Source: an uncultured Candidatus Rokubacteria bacterium
GTDB lineage: Bacteria > Methylomirabilota > Methylomirabilia > Rokubacteriales > CSP1-6
Reading direction: 5' to 3'
NCBI GenBank assembly: GCA_963789955.1
Contig: CAWBMV010000030.1
Location: 44,412-108,411 of the forward strand
Length of the DNA: 64,000 bases
Under the pieces are notes generated by a model. The model worked only from the letters and a program-made list of their open reading frames with translations, did no database searches and was not told the DNA's origin. Made by a program: the position numbers and the translations under genes. This document shows positions 12,758 to 22,836 of this stretch, one piece after another; positions within the stretch are counted from its first letter, which is position 1; the number at the start of each line of letters is the position of its first letter.

Positions 12758-13590
12758 CAGTATTCATCCGACCGCTCTGGTCGACCCCAAGGCGAGCCTC
12801 GCCCGGAATGTCCGTGTCGGTGCGTTCTCGATCATCGGTCCCGAGGTGACGATCGGCGCCGACGCCGAGATCGGTCATCACTGCGTGCTGGAGGGCCGCG
12901 TCGAGATCGGCGACCGCGCCAAGATCGGCCACGGAACGATCCTCGGCGGCCGGCCCCAGGACCTCAAGTTCAAGGACGGTACGCCGTCGGGGGTCAGGGT
13001 CGGTGCCGACACGGCCATCCGGGAGTACGTCACGGTCCACCGGGCGACACACGCCGAAGAATGGACCGAGATCGGCGCGGGCTGCCTCATCATGGCAATG
13101 AGTCACGTGGCCCACGATTGTCGGCTCGGCGACGGAGTCATCGTGATCAACTACGCAGGCATCACCGGGCACTGTGAGATCGGCGACCGCGCCACCATCG
13201 GCGGTCACGTCGGCATCGTACCGTTCACGCGAGTCGGGGCGTACGCCTACGTCGGCGGCGCCTCGAAGGTCACCGCTGGACGTGCCGCCGTTCGTGCTCG
13301 CGGACGGAAATCCGGCCGCCGCCCACGCGATCAACGTCGTCGGGCTCAGACGCGCGGGGATGACTCCCGCGGACCGCCGGCTGCTTCAGGACGCGTATCG
13401 GCTGCTCTACCGGAGCGGGCTCGCGCCTCAGCGGGCGGTCGAGCGAATCCGCCAGGAGCTTCGGGCAACGGGCCCGGTTCTCCAGCTGCTCGAGTTCATT
13501 GCCGGGTCGCGGCGTGGTATCTGCGGTGCCGCGGAGCCCGGCAGCACGGTGGCGGACGGGGTGCCGAGCGCCGAGAGCGAGCCGGTGTGA
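12744..13590 (+). CDS. lpxA: UDP-N-acetylglucosamine acyltransferase (apparent +1 frameshift ~13274)
   Basis: [39 protein letters not shown]-terminus DVPPF...[10 protein letters not shown] in the next frame. Confidence 0.92.
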
Positions 13591-14627
13591 TGGCGGTACG
13601 AGCCAGGGACGAGCGCAGGCTACGCGCTGGTGTCGTGGGCGCCGGCCACATGGGCCAGTACCACATGCTCGCCTACGCGGAGCTGTGGGACATCGATCTG
13701 ATCGGAGTCGTCGATATCGATCGCGATCGCGCCAAGCAGGTCGCGGCCTACTACGACACCCAGCCGCTGTCCGACCACCACGAGCTGATCGGCAAGGTCG
13801 ATCTCGCGAGCGTCGCCGTGCCGACCGAGCAGCACTTCCAGGTCGCCGCCGACCTGCTCGAGGCCGGCGTCGGCGTTCTCGTCGAGAAGCCGATCACCCC
13901 GACGCTCGAGGAGGCGCGCGAGCTCTTCGCGATCGCGCGCCGGAGCGGCGCCGTGCTGCACGTCGGGCACGTCGAGCGGTTCAACGGCGCGGTGCAGGAG
14001 CTGAAGAAGATCGTGGAGCGCCCGATCCTCATCGAATCGCGGCGTCTGGGACCGTTCGCCCCGCGGGTGCAGAAGGACAGCGTGGTGATGGATCTGATGA
14101 TCCACGACCTCGACATCGTGCTGGGCCTGGTCGACTCGCCGCCGCGGCGGCTCACCGCGATGGGGTCGACGGTCCACTCCGCCACGACCGACATCGCCAA
14201 CGTGCAGATCGGCTTCGAGTCCGGCACGATCGCCCTCATCACCGCGAGTCGCGCCACCGAGGAGAAGATCCGTGTGCTGGCGGTCACGCAGCCGGAGGCG
14301 TACGTCGTCCTCGACTACTCCGAGCAGGACATCCGCATCCACCGTCGCGCCGCGCAGGAGTACACGCTCAACCGCGAGTCGATCCGCTACCGGCGCGCGT
14401 CGTTCGTGGAGCACGTGCAGGTTCACAAGGACAATCCCCTCAAGCTCGAGGTCCTCCATCTGGTCCGGGCCGTCCGGCGGTCGCGCGGGGGCGAGAAGGT
14501 CGTCCTGGCCGAGACCGAGGACGTGCGCTCGCTGGCCATGGCGCTCGAGATCGAGCGCATGATCCGAGAAGGCCGCTGCGAGGCGGCCTACTCGACTGAT
14601 CCTCCGTGGAGCGCTCCCTCGGCTTGA
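13590..14627 (+). CDS. Gfo/Idh/MocA oxidoreductase, GnnA-like
   Basis: GVVGAGHMG, VLVEKP, VGHVERFN, DLMIHDLD; located within the lpx cluster. Confidence 0.85.
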   Translation: MAVRARDERRLRAGVVGAGHMGQYHMLAYAELWDIDLIGVVDIDRDRAKQVAAYYDTQPLSDHHELIGKVDLASVAVPTEQHFQVAADLLEAGVGVLVEKPITPTLEEARELFAIARRSGAVLHVGHVERFNGAVQELKKIVERPILIESRRLGPFAPRVQKDSVVMDLMIHDLDIVLGLVDSPPRRLTAMGSTVHSATTDIANVQIGFESGTIALITASRATEEKIRVLAVTQPEAYVVLDYSEQDIRIHRRAAQEYTLNRESIRYRRASFVEHVQVHKDNPLKLEVLHLVRAVRRSRGGEKVVLAETEDVRSLAMALEIERMIREGRCEAAYSTDPPWSAPSA

Positions 14628-15403
14628 TATGCGGCGCCGGCGTGCTGCCGGCGCGCATGGCCGGCGAAGCGCGGCGCCACGGGTGGCGCGTGGTCGCGTT
14701 TACCTTCGGCGAGGCGCCCGGCGTGGCCGAGCATGCCGACCGCACGTTCCCGAGCCGGCTCAGCGAGACGGGCGCCGTGCTGGCGGGTCTTCAGGCCGAG
14801 CGCATCGGTGCCGTCGCCTTCTCCGGCAAGTTCTGGATGAAGGACGTGCTCCACGAGCGCCGTCCGGACGGCGTGCTCGCCGAGCTGAAGGCGGGGGGCG
14901 CGCTGACCGACGCGAATCTCGTCCAGGCCGTCGTGGCGACGCTCGGCCAGATGGGCATCGAGGTCCTCGACCAGCGGCCGTTCCTCGGCGACTGGATCGG
15001 ACGAAGCGGCTGCTGGTCGAGCCGAGCCCCGACCGATACCGAATGGGCGGACGTCCAGCGGGGCCTCGGCGTCGCGCGTCTCGTCGCCGACGCTGGTGTC
15101 GGTCAGGCCGTCGTGGTCAAGTTGGGCGCTGTCACCGCCGTCGAGGCGACCGAAGGAACGACGGAGACCATCCGCCGCGGCCTGGCGCAGGCCGGGCCCG
15201 GCGCCGTCGTCGTCAAGGCGGCAGCGCGCGAGCACGACTATCGCTTCGACACGCCCGGCGTCGGTCCCGAGACGATCGAGGCGGCGGCGTCCGGCGGCGC
15301 CAAGGTGCTCGCGGTCGAAGCGGAGCGAGTTCTCGTGCTGGATCGCGACGAGTGCCTGCGTATCGCGAACCAGGCCGGTATGGCTCTGGTCGGTGTCGAG
15401 TGA
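14606..15403 (+). CDS. lpxI: UDP-2,3-diacylglucosamine pyrophosphatase LpxI
   Basis: LGLICGAGVLP, VGQAVVV, AVEATEGT, DYRFDTPGVG. Confidence 0.85.
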   Translation: MERSLGLICGAGVLPARMAGEARRHGWRVVAFTFGEAPGVAEHADRTFPSRLSETGAVLAGLQAERIGAVAFSGKFWMKDVLHERRPDGVLAELKAGGALTDANLVQAVVATLGQMGIEVLDQRPFLGDWIGRSGCWSSRAPTDTEWADVQRGLGVARLVADAGVGQAVVVKLGAVTAVEATEGTTETIRRGLAQAGPGAVVVKAAAREHDYRFDTPGVGPETIEAAASGGAKVLAVEAERVLVLDRDECLRIANQAGMALVGVE

Positions 15404-16551
15404 CGCCGTCCGGTTCCCCGGCCGTGATGCTCGTCGCCGGCGAAGCCTCCGGTGACCTGCACGGCGCCGTGCTGTGCCGCGCGCTCCGCGGGCTCGACCC
15501 GGGTTGCCGGCTCTTCGGTATGGGCGGGATGCGCATGGCGGCGGAGGGAATGAAGCTCATGGTGGACGTCACCACCAAGGCCGTGGTTGGCGGCAGCGAG
15601 GCGCTCGGTCAGGTGCCGCGACTGTACCGAGCCTACCGTGAGCTTCGCGCGGTGCTCGAGAGCGTCGACCGGCCCGCGGTCCTCGTGCTGATCGACTTCC
15701 CGGAGTTCAATCTGCGCCTGGCCCGCGCCGCTCGGAAGGCGCAGGTTCCGGTCGTGTATTTCATTCCGCCCCAGGTGTGGGCCTGGCGCGGCGGCCGCGT
15801 GAAAACGATCCGGCGATTCGTCTCGCTCGTGCTCGCGGTATTTCCGTTCGAGGCCGCGCTCTACCGCCGGGCCGGAGTGCCCGTGGAGTTCGTCGGCCAT
15901 CCGCTCCTCGATCAGCTGCAGGCGCCGCCGACGCGTGGGACCGCGCGCGAGCAGCTCGGGATCGACGACCGGGCGGCCGTGGTCGCGCTCTTGCCGGGCA
16001 GCCGTCATCAGGAGGTCGTCCGCGTGCTGCCGGCGATGCGAGACGCCGCCACGGAAATTCTGCGGACGGTGCCCGGGACCCGGTTCGTGCTCGGCCTGGC
16101 TCCGACGATCGAGCGAGACCTGGTCGTGCAGCATCTTGCCGGCGGTCCGCCCGTGGAGATCGTCGAAGGCCAGACGCACGCCGTCATCCGGGCGGCCGAC
16201 GTGGGGCTCGTCACCTCGGGCACCGTCACGCTCGAGACGGCGCTCCTCGGCACGCCAATGGTCGTCTGCTATCGTCTCTCGTTCGTGAGCGAGCTGCTCG
16301 CTCGGCTGGTGCTGCGCGTCCCGTGGGTCAGCCTCGCCAACCTCACGCTCGGACGCGCCGTCGTTCCGGAGCTCTATCGGCGGACGACAACCGGCGAGCG
16401 CCTCGCGCGCGAGGCGCTGCGGCTCTTGACCGACGCCGGCGCCCGCGAAGCGCAGCGCGCCGCGTTCAGCGAGCTCGCCGGCCAGCTCGGCGAGCCGGGC
16501 GTGGGAGCGCGCGCGGCGCGGCTCGTGCTCGCGCAGGCGGGTGCGGCGTGA
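15400..16551 (+). CDS. lpxB: Lipid-A-disaccharide synthase
   Basis: VAGEASGDLHG, IDFPEFNL, PPQVWAWR, LLPGSR, SGTVTLE. Confidence 0.95.
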   Translation: MTPSGSPAVMLVAGEASGDLHGAVLCRALRGLDPGCRLFGMGGMRMAAEGMKLMVDVTTKAVVGGSEALGQVPRLYRAYRELRAVLESVDRPAVLVLIDFPEFNLRLARAARKAQVPVVYFIPPQVWAWRGGRVKTIRRFVSLVLAVFPFEAALYRRAGVPVEFVGHPLLDQLQAPPTRGTAREQLGIDDRAAVVALLPGSRHQEVVRVLPAMRDAATEILRTVPGTRFVLGLAPTIERDLVVQHLAGGPPVEIVEGQTHAVIRAADVGLVTSGTVTLETALLGTPMVVCYRLSFVSELLARLVLRVPWVSLANLTLGRAVVPELYRRTTTGERLAREALRLLTDAGAREAQRAAFSELAGQLGEPGVGARAARLVLAQAGAA

Positions 16552-16576
16552 TCGTGTCGCGCCGCCGGAGCGCCTG

Positions 16577-17233
16577 ATGGAACCGCTGCTCGCGCTCGTG
16601 CCGCCGCTCGCCGCCGGGCTCGTTCGTGTCGTCGGCGCGACCTTGCGCCTGCGCGCCGAGGGCGTCGACGCGCTGGCGCCGAGCTGGACGGCCGCGCGCC
16701 CGCTCATCTATTGCGTCTGGCACGGCCGGATCCTCATGGTGCCCTGGCTCAACGCCCGCCTGCGGCGCAGCCACGGCGCGCGCGCGGTGAGCGTGCTCGC
16801 GAGCCGCTCGCGGGACGGCCGCCTCATGGGAGACTACGTGCGCCGCTTCGGGCTCGACGTGATTCGCGGCTCGTCGTCGCGGGGCGGCGCCGAGGCGCTG
16901 CGCGCGCTCAAGACGGCAGTCGACGCGGGGCGCGACGTGGCGCTGGCGCCCGACGGGCCGCGCGGGCCGCGCGGTCAGCTCGGATCCGGCGTCGTCGCGC
17001 TGGCGGCGCTCACCGGGGCTCCCGTCGTGCCGCTCGGATTCGCCGCGAGCCCGGCGTGGCATCTGTCGAGCTGGGATGCGTTCCAGATTCCGGTGCCGTT
17101 CGCGCGCGCGGCGCTCGTATTCGGGGCGATGACGTCGATCGACCGCGACGGCGATCGCGAGCAGGCCCGCAAAGAGATCCAGCGAAGCCTCGACGAGGCG
17201 ACGGCCGCGGCCGACCGGCTGGTGAACGCCTGA
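16577..17233 (+). CDS. DUF374 / lysophospholipid acyltransferase-like protein
   Basis: WHGR, SRSRDG, IRGSSSRGG, PDGPRGP, SWD motifs; start could be 16541 or 16577. Confidence 0.8.
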   Translation: MEPLLALVPPLAAGLVRVVGATLRLRAEGVDALAPSWTAARPLIYCVWHGRILMVPWLNARLRRSHGARAVSVLASRSRDGRLMGDYVRRFGLDVIRGSSSRGGAEALRALKTAVDAGRDVALAPDGPRGPRGQLGSGVVALAALTGAPVVPLGFAASPAWHLSSWDAFQIPVPFARAALVFGAMTSIDRDGDREQARKEIQRSLDEATAAADRLVNA

Positions 17234-18531
17234 TGTACGCCCTCTATACGGCCCTCGCCCTGGTCGGACTGGTCGTGCTCTGGCTGCCGGTGGCGCTCGT
17301 CCGGCGTGTGACGCGCGGCGTGCCGCTCAACGCGCGGGCGCGACTGGCGCGAGGGGCGCCGAGTGACGCGGATCGCACCGCGGGCTGGGTGCACGCGGTG
17401 TCGGTGGGCGAGGCGATTGCCGCCGCGCCGCTGGTCGAGGGGCTGCGCCGGCTGCACCCCGAGCTGCCGCTGGTGATGACGACCGTGACGAGCACCGGCG
17501 CCCAGATCGTTCGCGAACGGTTTGCCGGGCTCGCGACCCACCGGTTCTTCCCGCTCGACCTTCCCTCGGTCACGCGCCGCGCGGTGGCGGCCATCAATCC
17601 CGCGTTCCTGATCTGCATGGAAACCGAGCTGTGGCCGAATACCCTGCGCACCCTGGCCGCGCGGGGTGTGCCGGTGATGATCGCCAACGGCCGGATCTCC
17701 GACCGGTCGTATCGCCGGTACCGTCTGATCCGGAGCTTCATGACGTCGGTCCTCGCCAACGTTCGCGTCTTCGCCATGCAGTCGGACGAGGACGCACGGC
17801 GCATCATCGCGCTGGGCGCCCAGCCGGAGCGTGTGGTGGTGACCGGCAACATCAAGGTCGACGCCTCCGTGCCCGATCCGGCGGGCTCGGTCGATCTCTG
17901 GCGCCGGCTGCTGGGCCTCGCCCCCGGGCAGCGGGTGTGGGTCGCCGGAAGCACCCATCAGGGTGAGGAAGCGCTCGTGCTCGACGCCCACCGCGCCGCG
18001 CTCACCGAGTTTCCCGAGCTGGTCCTCGTGATCGCGCCCAGACACCCGGAGCGAACGCGCGAGGTGCTGGCGCTCGTGGATCGTCGCGGCTGGCCGTCGG
18101 TGCGCCGCAGCGAGCTTCCGGCCGCCGTGACGACCACGGACGCGCCGGTGCCGCCGGTCGTCATCCTCGACACGATCGGCGAGCTTGCGATGCTCTACGC
18201 CATCGCCGACGTCGTATTCGTCGGCGGAAGCCTGGTGCCGATGGGAGGCCACAACGTGCTCGAGGCCGCTCAGCGGCGAAAGCCGGTGCTGATCGGTCCC
18301 CACACCGGCAACTTCCGCGAGTCGGTCGGCCTGCTCGAGTCCGCCGGCGCGGCGCTCGTCGTCCGCGACGCGTCCGAGCTGTCTCGCGAGCTCCGGCGGC
18401 TCCTCGCCGATCCCGATCTTCGCTTGAAGCTCGGGGACGCCGGACACGAGGCGGTCGCCTCGCGTCACGGCGCGGTTCGCGAGACGCTCGATCTGATCGG
18501 CCGCTATCTCTATCCAGGGCCCCGCGCATGA
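17233..18531 (+). CDS. waaA: Kdo transferase
   Basis: WVHAVSVGE, ETELWPN, NGRIS, AGSTH, APRHPER, GGHNVLE. Confidence 0.95.
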   Translation: MYALYTALALVGLVVLWLPVALVRRVTRGVPLNARARLARGAPSDADRTAGWVHAVSVGEAIAAAPLVEGLRRLHPELPLVMTTVTSTGAQIVRERFAGLATHRFFPLDLPSVTRRAVAAINPAFLICMETELWPNTLRTLAARGVPVMIANGRISDRSYRRYRLIRSFMTSVLANVRVFAMQSDEDARRIIALGAQPERVVVTGNIKVDASVPDPAGSVDLWRRLLGLAPGQRVWVAGSTHQGEEALVLDAHRAALTEFPELVLVIAPRHPERTREVLALVDRRGWPSVRRSELPAAVTTTDAPVPPVVILDTIGELAMLYAIADVVFVGGSLVPMGGHNVLEAAQRRKPVLIGPHTGNFRESVGLLESAGAALVVRDASELSRELRRLLADPDLRLKLGDAGHEAVASRHGAVRETLDLIGRYLYPGPRA

Positions 18532-19610
18532 ACTCGCGAGAGCGCTTCGTGCGCGGCTGGGAAGAGGGCTTCAAGACCGGGCCGGCGCGCATGCTCGCGG
18601 TCGCCGGCGGCGGCTACCGCGGGCTGCTCGGCGCGCGGGACTTCCTCTACGGCCGGGGTGTCCTGAAGTCGCGCGCGTTGCCCTGCCGCGTGGTCTCGAT
18701 CGGCAACCTGACCGTCGGCGGCACCGGGAAGACGCCCGCGGTGGAGGTGGCCGTCCAGTCGCTGACCGCGCTCGGTCATCGTCCGGCGGTCGTCAGCCGC
18801 GGCTACGGGCGGAGCACGCGCGGCGTCCAGGTCGTCGCCGATGCCGCCTCGATCCGGCTCGATCCGGAAGAGTCGGGTGACGAGCCGTTTCTGCTCGCGC
18901 GCCGCCTGCCGGGTATTCCCGTCGTGGTCGGCTCGAATCGGCACGACGCCGCGCGCGTGGCGATCGAGCGGTTCGGCGTGACCGCGATCGTGCTCGACGA
19001 TGGATTCCAGCACCGCACGCTCAAGAAGGATCTGGAGATCGTGATGGCGCGCGCGCGCCGCCCGTGGGGCAACGGACACCTGCTCCCGGCCGGCCCGCTG
19101 CGCGAGCCGCTCGACGCGCTCTCCCGGGCCGATCTCGTCGTCGCCACGGGCGCCCTCGATCTGGGCGACGCGCGCGAAGTCGTCGACGCGGTGGACGAGC
19201 ACGCGCCGCGCGTGCCGGTCGTCACCGCGACGCTGGCGCCCGCCGAATGCTGGGAGGCGGGCCGCATGCGGTCGGTCCGGATCGCCGACCTTGCCGGCAA
19301 GCGTCTCGCCGCGTTCGCCGGCATCGCCGCGCCCGCGGCGTTCGCGGACACGCTGCGGAACGCCGGCGCGGTGGTCGAGGAGATGTCAGCCTTCGCCGAC
19401 CACCACTGGTATTCGAGCGAAGACCTCTCACGGCTCGACGCGCGCGCCGCCGAGCTCGGCGTCGATGTGCTCATCACGACCGAGAAGGACTGGGTTCGCC
19501 TGCGGCGGCTGCGCCTGCCGCGCCGCCCGCTCTACGTCTTGAGCGTGCGGCTCGTCGTCCAGACGGGCGAGACCGCGTGGCGGCAAGCCTTCCGACGCGC
19601 GTGCCCGTGA
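18528..19610 (+). CDS. lpxK: Tetraacyldisaccharide 4'-kinase
   Basis: GNLTVGGTGKTP, SRGYG, GDEP, DDGFQH, LPAGPLRE, TTEKD. Confidence 0.95.
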   Translation: MNSRERFVRGWEEGFKTGPARMLAVAGGGYRGLLGARDFLYGRGVLKSRALPCRVVSIGNLTVGGTGKTPAVEVAVQSLTALGHRPAVVSRGYGRSTRGVQVVADAASIRLDPEESGDEPFLLARRLPGIPVVVGSNRHDAARVAIERFGVTAIVLDDGFQHRTLKKDLEIVMARARRPWGNGHLLPAGPLREPLDALSRADLVVATGALDLGDAREVVDAVDEHAPRVPVVTATLAPAECWEAGRMRSVRIADLAGKRLAAFAGIAAPAAFADTLRNAGAVVEEMSAFADHHWYSSEDLSRLDARAAELGVDVLITTEKDWVRLRRLRLPRRPLYVLSVRLVVQTGETAWRQAFRRACP

Positions 19611-20600
19611 AGATCGCCGTACGCCTCCCGAACTGGCTCGGCGACACCGTGATGGCCGTGCCCGCGATCCGCTCGCTGCGCGAGACGTTTCCCGGAGCAC
19701 CCGTGCTGCTCGCCGGTCCCTGGGTCCAGCTTCTCGCGGGGCAGGGCCTCGGCGACGTGCTGGTGTCGTACCCGCGGGCGTGGAGCGCGCGGCTCCGCGC
19801 CGCCGACACGGTGCGGGGCTTCGGCGCCGACACGGTGGTGCTCTTGCCGACCTCGTTCGAGGCCGCGGCGAGCGCGATCTACTGGGGCGGCCGGCGCCGC
19901 ATCGGATTCGCCGGCGATGCGCGGCGCTGGCTCCTCACCGACGCGCCGCCGCTCCCGGAGCCGCGACTCCATCAAGTGGACGAATACCTGCGACTGGTTG
20001 GCGTTCTCGACGCGGTCGCGACGGCGCGCGAGCCACGCCTGACACCGCCCGAGCCCTATGCCGACGCGCGGCAGCGCGTACGTGATCTTCTGCTCCGGAG
20101 CGGCGCGCCGGAGGGAAAGCCCATGGTCGGCGTCCATCTGGGCGCCGCCTACGGGCCGGCGAAGGTCTGGGTTCGCGAGCGGGTCGTCGAGTTCTGTCGG
20201 CTCGGGCCTTCGCTGGGTGTCGTGCCCGTGCTGCTCGGTGCGCCCTCCGATGAGGCGGAGGCCGCGGCCGTGCAGGGAGCGGCGCCAACGGTGAGCCTCG
20301 TCGGGCGAGACAGTCCGGAGCTCCTCCCGTCGGTGCTTGCGGAGATGGCGGCGCTGGTCATGCGGCGACACGGGGGTCGCGCACCTGGCGGCCGCGCTCG
20401 GCACACCGGTCGTCACGCTCTTCGGGCCGACCGACCCGGCGCTGAGCGCGCCGCTCGGTCGAGTCGCGGTCGTACGCCACGCGGTGCCGTGCGCGCCGTG
20501 CTTCTACCGCGCGTGCCCGATCGATCATCCCTGCATGCGCGGGATCTCGGCCGACGAGGTCGGTGAGCGGGTTGCCGCGCTCCTGGCGGGAGTCTCGTGA
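19607..20600 (+). CDS. waaF: LPS heptosyltransferase II, GT9 (apparent +1 frameshift ~20360)
   Basis: [34 protein letters not shown]...FGPT in the next frame. Confidence 0.85.
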
Positions 20601-21715
20601 CACCGCTGACGATCCTGCACCTGGCGGCGAATCGCTGGTGGACCGGAAGCGCCGATCCGGTCATCCAGCTCGTGTCCGGTCTTCGCGCGCGCGGCCACCG
20701 GGTCCTGCTCGGTGTCATTCCCGGCGACCGGTTCGAGGTCAAGGCGAAGCAGGCGGGGCTCGAGCTGGTCGAGGGGCTCCGCATGGACGCGCGCCGCGGC
20801 CCGCGTGCGCTCGCGAGCGACGTGCTGAAGGTGCGGGCGCTCATTCGCGACGAGAGCGTGGACATCGTGCACACGCACCACTCGCACGATCACTGGCTGG
20901 CGGTGCTCACGCGGCCCAAGCGGGCCCAGGGCGGCCGGACGCCCGTCGTGCGGACCTTCCACAACCTGCGATCGGTGCGGCGCGACCGGCTCGGCGCCAC
21001 GCTCTATCGCCGGACCGCGGCGGTCTTCGCGGTGTCGCGGATGATCGAGTCACGCTGCCGCGAGGTCGGCATCCCGCCGGAGAAGATTTCCTGGATCCCG
21101 GGCTCGGTCGATCTGACCCGGTTCACCGCGAACGCGGACGGCGCGCCGATCCGCGACGAGTTCAAGCTCGGTGACGCGCCGGTCGTCGTCTCGGTCTCGC
21201 GGCTGGCGACCAACCGTGGTCACGAGCTTCTGCTCTCCGGCTTTCGCCTCCTGATCGACCGCATGCCCCGCGCGCGGCTCCTGCTCGTCGGAAAAGGCGA
21301 GACGCGGGCGCGACTCGAGCAGATGGTCGCCGAGCTCGGGCTCGGTGGCCACGTGATCTTCACGGGCTACCGGGATGCCGACCTGCCGTCGGTCCTCGCC
21401 GCGTCGGACTGCTTCGCGCTCATGGCCGCGGGCTCGGACGAATCGTGCCGGGCAGCGCTCGAGGCGATGGCCGCCGCGCGGCCCGTCATCGCGCGACGGG
21501 TCGGCGCCCTGCCGGAGACGGTGGTGCACGACGAGACCGGGCTCCTGATCGATGACGACACTCCGGAGAGTGTCGCGCGCGCGCTCGAGACGATCCTCGG
21601 TGAACCGGCGCGCGGCCGCGCGATGGGCAACGCCGGGCGCGTCAGCGCCGAGGAGCGGTTCAGCGCCGAGCGCTCGGTCGAGACGGTCGAGCGCGTCTAT
21701 CAGAGCATCTGGTGA
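20597..21715 (+). CDS. Glycosyltransferase family 4
   Basis: GT-B fold; ESCRAALEAMAAARPVI, ETGLL. Confidence 0.85.
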   Translation: MTPLTILHLAANRWWTGSADPVIQLVSGLRARGHRVLLGVIPGDRFEVKAKQAGLELVEGLRMDARRGPRALASDVLKVRALIRDESVDIVHTHHSHDHWLAVLTRPKRAQGGRTPVVRTFHNLRSVRRDRLGATLYRRTAAVFAVSRMIESRCREVGIPPEKISWIPGSVDLTRFTANADGAPIRDEFKLGDAPVVVSVSRLATNRGHELLLSGFRLLIDRMPRARLLLVGKGETRARLEQMVAELGLGGHVIFTGYRDADLPSVLAASDCFALMAAGSDESCRAALEAMAAARPVIARRVGALPETVVHDETGLLIDDDTPESVARALETILGEPARGRAMGNAGRVSAEERFSAERSVETVERVYQSIW

Positions 21716-22836
21716 AGATTCTCCAGCTGATGTCCTGTCGCGGGTGGTCGTCCGATGCCTACTGGGCGGCCCGGATGACGCGAGAGCTCGCGCGGCGCGG
21801 CCACGTGGTGACCCTCGGCTGCCGCGCCGGAACCGAAGCTCGCGTGATCGATCGCGCGCGGCGCGAGGGGGTCGAGCGGGTGACGACCCTGGCGATGGCG
21901 AGCGGCGCGCGGCCCCTGGCGGACGGCGGTGATCTTCGCCGCCTGCGCACTCTCATGCCCGAGGCGGACGTGGTGCATGTGCATCGCGGCAAGGAGCACT
22001 GGCTGGCCGCGATGGCGAATCGGCTGATCGCGACCCCGCGACCCATCGTGAGGACCCGTCACATCGCGCAGTCGGTGCGGCCTCACGCGGCGAATCGATG
22101 GCTCTATCGTCGAGCGACCGCGTTCGTCGTGACCGTGACCGACGCCATCCGGCGTCAGTACGTCGCCGCCGGGCTCGTCGATCCGGACCGTGTCGCCGCG
22201 CTGCCGGGTGGCGCCGACACCGAGCGTTATCATCCGCTCCCGCGCGATCCGGAGACCTATGCGCGGCTCGGTGGGCGCCCGGATCGTCCGCTGATCGGGA
22301 TGATCGCGGGGCTCCGCATCATGAAAGGCCACGAGATCGTCGTCGCCGCCGCGGCGCGGCTGGCCGCCCGCGGCGTGCGGCCGCATTTCGTCTTCATCGG
22401 ACGCGGGCCCATGGAGCACGCCGTCCGTGACGCGATCGAGCGCGCCGGGCTCGGCGCCCAGTTCACGTTCGCGGGCTTCGTCGACGATCTGCCGGTGGCG
22501 CTCGCGGCACTCGACGTCGTGCTCTACACCCCGCTCGACTCCGACGGGATGTCGCGCGTGATCTTCGAGTACCTGGCGGCGGGACGGCCACTGGTCGCGG
22601 CGCGCGTCGGCGTCGTGCCCGAGGTGCTGATCGATGGCGAGCACGCGGCGCTCGTGCCGGGCGGTGACGCCCCGGCCCTTGCCGCGGCACTCGAGCGGCT
22701 CGTGGGCGACCCGGCGCTGGCGGCCCGGCTCGGCGAGGGCGGGCGGCGGCTCGTCGAGGCGCGGTACTCGGGGGCTCGTGTCGCGGCGGCGCTCGAGGCG
22801 CGCTACACGAGCCTCGTCGCCGCCGGGGCCGCGTGA
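21712..22836 (+). CDS. Glycosyltransferase family 4
   Basis: MKGH, DGMSRVIFEYLAAGRPLVA. Confidence 0.85.
   Translation: MKILQLMSCRGWSSDAYWAARMTRELARRGHVVTLGCRAGTEARVIDRARREGVERVTTLAMASGARPLADGGDLRRLRTLMPEADVVHVHRGKEHWLAAMANRLIATPRPIVRTRHIAQSVRPHAANRWLYRRATAFVVTVTDAIRRQYVAAGLVDPDRVAALPGGADTERYHPLPRDPETYARLGGRPDRPLIGMIAGLRIMKGHEIVVAAAARLAARGVRPHFVFIGRGPMEHAVRDAIERAGLGAQFTFAGFVDDLPVALAALDVVLYTPLDSDGMSRVIFEYLAAGRPLVAARVGVVPEVLIDGEHAALVPGGDAPALAAALERLVGDPALAARLGEGGRRLVEARYSGARVAAALEARYTSLVAAGAA

Noticed and set aside
8828..13590. bamA and lpxA (and others) as pseudogenes
   Set aside because: Each break is a single +1 shift with intact motifs on both sides, in essential genes; sequencing error is more parsimonious.
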